A stretch of 13,680 bases of DNA from a virus (Duplodnaviria; Heunggongvirae; Uroviricota; Caudoviricetes), in IMG/VR virus record IMGVR_UViG_2706794665_000009; one strand, given 5' to 3'. Below the pieces are notes generated by a model that was given only the letters and a program-made list of their open reading frames with translations, searched no databases and was not told the DNA's origin. The translations under genes were made by a program, and so were the position numbers. The stretch's first letter is position 1, and every line of letters starts with the position of its first letter. Positions 1-7,171 of the stretch are shown here, in pieces.

Positions 1-1
1 G

Positions 2-178
2 GCGGAAGGCATTAATTTTAATCAGAACAATCACGTGGTGATTCAGAACGACGGCCCCAACGGGCGGGCAGGGCCGCAGCTGATGAAAGCGGTGTATGAG
101 ATGGCCCGCAAGGGGGCACAGGATGAACTCCGGCTGCAGTTGCGTGATGGCGGTATGTTATCAGGGAGCGGTGGATGA
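2..178 (+). CDS. H: Tail tape measure protein H, C-terminal fragment (5' end lies outside the window)
   Basis: Open frame from the window edge ending ...LQLRDGGMLSGSGG with TGA at 176-178, overlapping the M start in an ATGA junction as in lambda H/M. Identity rests on position and this junction; the fragment is short. Confidence 0.75.
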   Translation, partial: AEGINFNQNNHVVIQNDGPNGRAGPQLMKAVYEMARKGAQDELRLQLRDGGMLSGSGG

Positions 179-504
179 AAACCTTTCGCTGGAAAGTGAA
201 GCCGGATATGGAGGTGAACTCGCAGCCATCGGTGCGTGAAGTGCGTTTTGGTGACGGGTACTCACAGCGTATGGCGGCAGGGCTGAATGCTGACCTGAAA
301 ACATACAGGGTGACGCTTTCCGTGACCCGGGAGGAGGCCCGGCATCTGGAAGCGTTCCTGGCAGAGCACGGTGGCTGGAAGGCATTTTTGTGGAAGCCAC
401 CCTATGCATACCGGCAGATAAAGGTGACCTGTGCCGGGTGGTCTGCGCGGGTCGGGATGTTGCGCGTTGAGTTCAGCGCGGAGTTTAAGCAGGTGGTGAA
501 CTGA
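175..504 (+). CDS. M: Tail tip assembly protein M
   Basis: 109-aa ORF (MKTFRWKVKP...SAEFKQVVN) matching lambda gpM in length and sequence as recalled; start overlaps the H stop and stop overlaps the L start (TGATG). Confidence 0.93.
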   Translation: MKTFRWKVKPDMEVNSQPSVREVRFGDGYSQRMAAGLNADLKTYRVTLSVTREEARHLEAFLAEHGGWKAFLWKPPYAYRQIKVTCAGWSARVGMLRVEFSAEFKQVVN

Positions 505-1202
505 TGCAGGATATTCGCGAAGAAAGTCTGAACGAGTCGGTTAAGTCAGAGCAGTCACCGCGGGTGGTACTCTGGGAAATCGACCTGACGGTACAGGGTG
601 GTGAGCGGTATTTTTTCTGTAATGAGCTGAATGAAAAAGGGGAGCCGGTCACCTGGCAGGGGCGTAAGTATGAGGCATACCCGATTGACGGCAGCGGCTT
701 TGAGATGAACGGCCGGGGCAGCAGTGCCAGACCGTCGCTGACGGTGTCCAATCTGTTCGGTCTGGTCACCGGGATGGCGGAAGACCTGCAGAGTCTGGTG
801 GGGGCCACGGTGGTCCGCCGCCGGGTGTATGCCCGTTTTCTGGATGCGGTGAATTTCGTTGCGGGCAATCCGGCGGCGGACCCGGAGCAGGAGCTGAGTG
901 ACCGCTGGGTGGTGGAGCAGATGTCGCAGCTGACAGCCATGACGGCCTCGTTTGTGCTGGCTACACCGACCGAGACGGACGGGGCGCTGTTTCCCGGTCG
1001 CATCATGCTGGCGAACACCTGTATGTGGGATTACCGGGGAGATGAATGCGGGTATAACGGTCCTGCGGTGGCGGATGAGTTCGACAACCCCACCACGGAT
1101 ATCCGTAAGGACAGATGCAGCAAGTGCATGCGCGGGTGTGAACTGCGCAGGAATGTCGGCAATTTTGGCGGTTTCCTTTCCATTAATAAACTTTCGCAGT
1201 AA
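504..1202 (+). CDS. L: Tail tip protein L
   Basis: 232-aa ORF (MQDIREESLNE...GGFLSINKLSQ) with the same length and near-identical termini to lambda gpL as recalled, including the Cys-rich C-terminal region (CMWDYRGDECGY...CSKCMRGC). Confidence 0.93.
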   Translation: MQDIREESLNESVKSEQSPRVVLWEIDLTVQGGERYFFCNELNEKGEPVTWQGRKYEAYPIDGSGFEMNGRGSSARPSLTVSNLFGLVTGMAEDLQSLVGATVVRRRVYARFLDAVNFVAGNPAADPEQELSDRWVVEQMSQLTAMTASFVLATPTETDGALFPGRIMLANTCMWDYRGDECGYNGPAVADEFDNPTTDIRKDRCSKCMRGCELRRNVGNFGGFLSINKLSQ

Positions 1203-1212
1203 ATCCCGGTTT

Positions 1213-1806
1213 ATGACACAGACTGAATCAGCGATTCTGGCACATGCCCGGCGGTGTGCGCCTGCGGAGTCGTGCGGCTTCGTGATAAGCACGCCGGAGG
1301 GGGAGCGGTATATCCCTTGTGTGAATATTTCCGCAGAGCCGGAGGCGTATTTTCGTATCGCACCGGAAGACTGGCTGCGGGCAGAGATGCAGGGGGAGAT
1401 TGTGGCACTGGTCCACAGTCATCCCGGTGGGCTGCCCTGGCTGAGCGAGGCTGACCGGCGGCTGCAGATAAAAAGCGCACTGCCCTGGTGGTTGGTCTGC
1501 CGGGGTGACATTCACAAATTCCGCTGTGTGCCACATCTGACAGGACGGCGCTTTGAGCACGGGGTGACGGACTGTTACACGCTGTTCCGGGATGCTTATC
1601 ATCTGGCGGGGACTGAAATGCCGGATTTTCATCGCGAGGATGACTGGTGGCGCAACGGTCAGAACCTTTACCTGGACAATATGGCGGTCACCGGCTTTTA
1701 CCGGGTGCCCCTGTCCTCTGCACAGGCGGGCGATATTCTGCTGTGCTGCTTTGGTGCTTCGGTACCGAACCATGCCGCCATTTACTGCGGCAACGGTGAG
1801 CTGCTT
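1213..1806 (+). CDS. K: Tail tip assembly protein K (JAMM/MPN plus NlpC/P60-like domains); 3' end lost in the N-run
   Basis: ATG at 1213 inside the longer track ORF 952..2058; product starts MTQTESAILAHARRC. Contains the JAMM motif HSHPGG and NlpC/P60-type Cys (GVTDCYTLF) and His (NHAAIY). 198 codons are readable before the gap at 1807. Confidence 0.9.
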
Positions 1807-2055
1807 NNNNNNNNNNNNNNNNNNNNNNNNNNNNNNNNNNNNNNNNNNNNNNNNNNNNNNNNNNNNNNNNNNNNNNNNNNNNNNNNNNNNNNNNNNNNNN
1901 NNNNNNNNNNNNNNNNNNNNNNNNNNNNNNNNNNNNNNNNNNNNNNNNNNNNNNNNNNNNNNNNNNNNNNNNNNNNNNNNNNNNNNNNNNNNNNNNNNNN
2001 NNNNNNNNNNNNNNNNNNNNNNNNNNNNNNNNNNNNNNNNNNNNNNNNNNNNNNN
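1807..2055. other. Unresolved sequence (249 N); should hold the K 3' end and the I 5' end
   Basis: Run of N in the given sequence. Confidence 1.
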
Positions 2056-2536
2056 TGACACGGCACCGGAGGCGGTGTACGCCCGTCTTCACGAACAGCT
2101 GGGTGAGGGAACGGTCATCCACATTGTGCCGCGACTGGCCGGGGCCGGAAAGGGTGGACTGCAGATTGTGCTGGGGGCGGCAGCCATCGTGGGCTCTTTC
2201 TTCACTGCCGGGGCATCAATGGCGTTATGGGGTTCAGCCCTGGCAGCCGGTGGTTTTTCTGCCACCACGATGCTGTTTTCACTTGGAGCCAGCATGATTC
2301 TGGGCGGTGTGGCCCAGATGCTGGCCCCGAAGGCAAAAACACCGGATTACCGCGCAACGGATAACGGCAGACAGAACACGTACTTTTCCTCACTGGATAA
2401 CATGATTGCCCAGGGGAACCCGATGCCGGTGCCTTACGGGGAAATGCTGGTTGGCTCCCGCCGTATATCCCAGGACATCAGCACCCGTGATGAAGGCGGG
2501 GGCGGAAAGGTCGTGGTTATCGGGCGGCAGGGGTAA
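2056..2536 (+). CDS. I: Tail assembly protein I, C-terminal ~160 codons (5' end in the N-run)
   Basis: Frame emerging from the gap reads DTAPEAVYARLHEQLGEGTVIHIVPRLAGAGKGG...VVVIGRQG with stop at 2534-2536; Gly/Ala-rich hydrophobic segment as in lambda gpI. Confidence 0.88.
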
Positions 2537-2540
2537 AAAG

Positions 2541-2582
2541 AATAAAAAAATCCCGCAGTGATCGCGGACAGGAACTGCGGGA
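2541..2582 (-). terminator. Candidate intrinsic terminator on the - strand (9-bp stem, then U7 on the - strand)
   Basis: Arms tcccgcagt (2551-2559) and actgcggga (2574-2582) are exact reverse complements; on the - strand the stem is followed by TTTTTTTATT (complement of 2541-2550). Confidence 0.45.
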
Positions 2583-2640
2583 GAGTTACGAAGATTAAGT
2601 GTAAGGAATTATTCTTATATCACGACAAAAAAATTAACGC
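2545..2640 (-). ncRNA. Candidate small non-coding RNA (~95 nt) in the I-J intergenic insert
   Basis: Bounded by a -10/-35 pair upstream and the hairpin plus U-run downstream on the - strand; no ATG-initiated ORF lies within the predicted transcript. Confidence 0.3.
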
Positions 2641-2646
2641 AGAGAA

Positions 2647-2674
2647 ATTATACGCGCCACAGTCAGTTTGTGAA
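2647..2674 (-). promoter_or_regulatory. Sigma70-like promoter on the - strand (TTCACA, 16-bp spacer, TATAAT)
   Basis: Reverse complement of 2647-2652 is TATAAT, a perfect -10; reverse complement of 2669-2674 is TTCACA, 5/6 to the -35 consensus; spacer 16 bp. Confidence 0.4.
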
Positions 2675-2746
2675 AATGTGAAGATATTCAGAATTTTTAT
2701 GCCATTACCGGTTTTAACCAACAGGATTATCGGTGGGCATGAAAGA

Positions 2747-2776
2747 AAACCCCGGTATCTGCTGATACCGGGGTTT
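2747..2776. repeat. Perfect 13-bp inverted repeat with 4-nt loop (strong hairpin, possible bidirectional terminator or insulator)
   Basis: aaaccccggtatc (2747-2759), loop tgct, gataccggggttt (2764-2776); followed on the + strand by the T-rich ctcttt. Confidence 0.55.
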
Positions 2777-2879
2777 CTCTTTAGCATGGCAGAAATGTGT
2801 TTCATGCTTTTCGGGCGAAGGATATCCGACTTCTGTACGGAATGGCAAGTGGCGGTTAATTTATTCAGGGGAAGGCTGT

Positions 2880-5800
2880 ATGGGAAAAGGTGGCGGTAAG
2901 GCACACACGCCTCGTGAGGCGAAGGATAATCTCAAATCCACGCAGATGATGAGCGTGATTGATGCGATTGGTGAGGGACCGATAGAAGGTCCGGTGAAGG
3001 GACTGCAGAGTATCCTGGTGAACAAAACCCCGCTGACGGACACGGACGGTAATCCCGTGATACACGGTGTGACGGCGGTCTGGCGCGCCGGGGAGCAGGA
3101 GCAGACACCACCGGAAGGCTTTGAGTCCTCCGGTGCTGAAACCGGACTGGGCGTGGAAGTGACGAAGGCAAAACCGGTGACGCGCACCATTACGTCCGCG
3201 AACATTGACCGCCTGCGGGTTACCTTCGGGGTGCAGTCACTGGTGCAGACCACGTCAAAGGGTGACCGAAACCCGACATCCGTCCGCCTGCTGATTCAGT
3301 TACAGCGTAACGGTAACTGGGTGACAGAAAAGGATGTCACCATTAACGGCAAGACCACCTCGCAGTTTCTGGCGTCGGTGATTCTGGATAATCTGCCTCC
3401 CCGTCCTTTTAACATCCGGATGGTCCGGGAGACAGCGGACAGCACCACGGACCAGCTGCAGAATAAGACGCTGTGGTCGTCATACACCGAAATCATCGAT
3501 GTGAAACAGTGCTACCCGAACACGGCCATTGTGGGGCTGTAGGTGGATGCGGAGCAGTTCGGCGGCCAGCAGATGACGGTGAACTACCATATCCGCGGTC
3601 GCATCATCCAGGTGCCGTCAAACTATGACCCGGAAAAACGCACGTACAGTGGTATCTGGGACGGCAGTCTGAAACCGGCATACAGCAACAACCCGGCCTG
3701 GTGCCTGTGGGACATGCTGACTCACCCGCGCTACGGCATGGGAAAACGTCTGGGGGCGGCGGATGTGGACAAGTGGGCGCTGTATGCCATCGGGCAGTAC
3801 TGCGACCAGACGGTCCCGGATGGTTTCGGGGGGACCGAGCCGCGGATGACCTTTAATGCGTACCTGGCACAACAGCGTAAGGCGTGGGACGTTCTCAGTG
3901 ATTTCTGCTCTGCGATGCGCTGTATGCCGGTATGGAACGGTCAGACGCTGACGTTCGTTCAGGACCGCCCGTCGGATGTGGTGTGGCCGTACACCAACAG
4001 CGATGTGGTGGTGGATGATAACGGCGTGGGATTCCGCTACAGCTTCAGTGCCCTGAAGGACCGGCACACGGCGGTGGAGGTGAATTACACCGACCCGCAG
4101 AACGGCTGGCAGACCTCCACGGAACTGGTGGAAGACCCGGAAGCCATACTGCGCTACGGACGCAACCTGCTGAAGATGGACGCGTTCGGCTGTACCAGCC
4201 GCGGTCAGGCCCACCGTGCCGGACTGTGGGTGATAAAGACCGAACTGCTGGAAACGCAGACGGTGGATTTCACGCTCGGGTCTCAGGGGCTGCGGCACAC
4301 ACCCGGTGACATCATTGAAATCTGTGATAACGACTATGCCGGGACCCTGACCGGCGGACGTGTCCTGTCCATTGATGCTGCCACCCGCACCCTGACGCTG
4401 GATCGTGAAGTGACACTTCCGGAGACCGGTGCCGCCACGGTGAACCTGATTAACGGCAGCGGTAAGCCGGTGAGTGTGGACATCACCGAACACCCCGCGC
4501 CGGACCGGATACAGGTCAGTACCCTGCCTGATGGTGTGGAGACATACGGGGTGTGGGGACTCTCCCTGCCGTCACTGCGCCGTCGCCTGTTCCGCTGTGT
4601 CTCCGTCCGGGAAAACACGGACGGCACCTTTGCCATCACGGCGGTGCAGCACGTACCGGAAAAAGAAGCCATCGTGGATAACGGTGCCCGCTTTGAGCCG
4701 CAGTCAGGTTCCCTGAACAGCGTCATCCCACCGGCAGTGCAGCACCTGACGGTGGAGGTGAGCGCAGCTGACGGACAGTATCTGGCGCAGGCGAAATGGG
4801 ACACGCCGCGGGTGGTGAAGGGTGTGCGCTTCAGTCTGCGCCTGACCAGTGGTAAGGGAACGGATGCCAGACTGGTGACCACCGCCATCACCGCAGACAC
4901 GGAGCACCGTTTCAGCGGCCTGCCGCTCGGGGAATACACCCTGACGGTGCGGGCGATAAACAGCTATGGCCAGCAGGGTGAACCTGCCACCACCACATTC
5001 CGGATTGCCGCACCGGCAGCACCGTCGCGGATTGAGCTGACGCCGGGCTATTTTCAGATAACGGCGGTCCCGCGTCTTGCGGTGTATGACCCGACGGTAC
5101 AGTTTGAGTTCTGGTTCTCGGAAAAGCGGATTACCGATATCAGGCAGGTTGAAACCACAGCACGCTATCTTGGCACGGCGCTGTACTGGATAGCCGCCAG
5201 TATCAATATCAAACCGGGCCATGATTATTACTTTTATATCCGCAGTGTGAACACCGTTGGCAAATCGGCATTCGTGGAGGCTGTTGGTCAGCCGAGTGAT
5301 GATGCATCCGGTTATCTGGATTTTTTCAAAGGCGAGATAGGGAAAACCCATCTGGCTCAGGAGCTGTGGACGCAGATTGATAACGGTCAGCTTGCGCCTG
5401 ACCTGGCTGAAATCAGGACGTCCATTACGGATGTCAGCAATGAAATCACGCAGACCGTCAATAAAAAACTGGAAAATCAGAGTGCGGCAATCCAGCAGAT
5501 ACAGAAGGTTCAGGTTGATACAAATAATAATCTGAACAGCATGTGGGCTGTGAAGCTGCAGCAGATGCAGGACGGACGCCTTTATATCGCGGGTATTGGT
5601 GCCGGTATTGAGAACACCCCTGACGGCATGCAGAGTCAGGTGCTGCTGGCGGCAGACAGGATTGCGATGATTAATCCTGCGAATGGCAACACAAAGCCGA
5701 TGTTTGTTGGTCAGGGCGATCAGATATTCATGAACGACGTGTTCCTGAAACGCCTGACGGCTCCCACCATTACCAGCGGCGGTAATCCTCCGGCATTTTC

Positions 5801-6353
5801 CCTGACACCGGACGGAAAACTGACCGCTAAAAATGCAGATATCAGTGGCAGTGTGAATGCGAACGCCGGGACGCTCAACAATGTCACAATTAATGAGAAC
5901 TGTCAGATTAAGGGGAAACTGTCAGCCAACCAGATTGAAGGCGATATAGTCAAAACAGTGGGTAAGGCTTTTCCGCGGGACTCCCGGGCACCGGAGCGGT
6001 GGCCATCAGGGACCATTACCGTCAGGATTTATGACGATCAGCCTTTTGACAGGCAAATTGTTATTCCGGCGGTGGCATTCAGCGGCGCTAAACATGAGCG
6101 GGAGAATAACGATATTTATTCGTCATGCCGCCTGATAGTACGGAAAAACGGTGCTGAAATTTATAACCGTACCGCGCTGGATAATACGCTGATTTACAGT
6201 GGTGTTATTGATATGCCAGCTGGTCGCGGCCACATGACGCTGGAGTTTTCGGTGTCAGCATGGCTGGTGAATAACTGGTATCCCACAGCAAGTATCAGCG
6301 ATTTGCTGGTTGTGGTGATGAAGAAAGCCACCGCAGGCATCAGTATCAGCTGA
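2880..6353 (+). pseudogene. J: Host specificity protein J (central tail fibre / tail tip), full length but interrupted by an in-frame TAG at 3540-3542
   Basis: Track ORFs 2880..3542 (220 aa) and 3543..6353 (936 aa) are in the same frame, separated only by TAG. The combined 1157-codon product matches lambda gpJ end to end as recalled (MGKGGGKAHTPREAKDNLKST... through ...[23 protein letters not shown]... to the C-terminus). SD-like AGGGGAAGG precedes the ATG at 2880. Confidence 0.9.
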
Positions 6354-6370
6354 ATTTTATAACCCATATA

Positions 6371-6397
6371 CGGGCGCCAGAAATGGCGCCTTTTTTA
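6371..6397 (+). terminator. Intrinsic terminator downstream of J
   Basis: GGCGCCA (6372-6378), loop GAAA, TGGCGCC (6383-6389), then TTTTTTATT. Confidence 0.7.
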
Positions 6398-6420
6398 TTG
6401 CAGAAAAGCGAGAGGTAATT

Positions 6421-7020
6421 ATGCGTAAAGTTTGTGCAGCCATTTTGTCCGCAGCCATCTGTCTGTCCGTATCCGGTGCGCCTGCATGGGCGTCTGAACA
6501 TCAGTCCACACTGAGCGCGGGGTATCTTCATGCCCGTACGAACGCTCCCGGCAGCGATAATCTGAACGGGATTAACGTGAAATACCGTTATGAGTTTACG
6601 GACGCGCTGGGGCTGATTACGTCCTTCAGTTATGCCAATGCTGAGGATGAGCAAAAAACGCACTACAGCGATACCCGCTGGCATGAAGATTCTGTGCGTA
6701 ACCGCTGGTTCAGCGTGATGGCGGGGCCGTCTGTACGCGTGAATGAATGGTTCAGCGCGTATGCGATGGTGGGTGTGGCTTACAGCCGTGTGTCGACTTT
6801 CTCCGGGGATTATCTCCGCGTAACTGACAACAAGGGGAAAACGCACGATGTGCTGACCGGAAGTGATGACGGTCGCCACAGCAACACGTCTCTGGCGTGG
6901 GGGGCTGGCGTGCAGTTTAACCCGACCGAATCCGTAACCATTGACCTTGCTTATGAAGGTTCCGGTAGTGGCGACTGGCGAACGGATGCATTTATTGTTG
7001 GTATCGGATACCGTTTCTGA
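6421..7020 (+). CDS. lom: Lom outer-membrane beta-barrel protein (Ail/Lom/PagC/OmpX family), prophage moron
   Basis: 199-aa ORF with a signal-peptide-like N-terminus (MRKVCAAILSAAICLSVSGAPAWA) and a C-terminus ...AYEGSGSGDWRTDAFIVGIGYRF matching lambda Lom as recalled; same position as lambda lom between J and stf; GAGAGG SD upstream. Confidence 0.92.
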   Translation: MRKVCAAILSAAICLSVSGAPAWASEHQSTLSAGYLHARTNAPGSDNLNGINVKYRYEFTDALGLITSFSYANAEDEQKTHYSDTRWHEDSVRNRWFSVMAGPSVRVNEWFSAYAMVGVAYSRVSTFSGDYLRVTDNKGKTHDVLTGSDDGRHSNTSLAWGAGVQFNPTESVTIDLAYEGSGSGDWRTDAFIVGIGYRF

Positions 7021-7123
7021 CAACAGACGCCGATTTATCTTCTGTAAATATTGTTATGATACGCAGGTTCATCCACCTTATGGGGTGAACTGCGTTTGAG
7101 GAAACGTAAAGTTACACTGTCCT

Positions 7124-7158
7124 GAAGCCCGTGGCGTCACTGCTGCGGGCTTTTTTTA
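7124..7158 (+). terminator. Intrinsic terminator downstream of lom
   Basis: agcccg ... cgggct stem followed by TTTTTTTATT (7151-7160). Confidence 0.6.
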
Positions 7159-7171
7159 TTGGTGGAAAAGT

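Noticed and set aside
952-1212. N-terminal extension of the K ORF in the six-frame track (952..2058)
   Set aside because: It overlaps the L coding region in another frame; the K start at 1213 (MTQTES...) lies just after the L stop.
555-1292. Long - strand ORFs antisense to M/L/K/J (e.g. 485..1018, 555..1292, 3618..4493, 4334..4939, 4704..5351, 6346..7023)
   Set aside because: They lie antisense to well-supported tail genes in GC-rich sequence where stop codons are rare; their products are Arg/Pro/Ala-rich and low in complexity, with no start context.
2558-2904. ORFs 2558..2899 (+) and 2620..2904 (-) in the I-J insert
   Set aside because: No SD, implausible composition, and they overlap the predicted promoter, hairpins and the J start; the region is better explained as non-coding.
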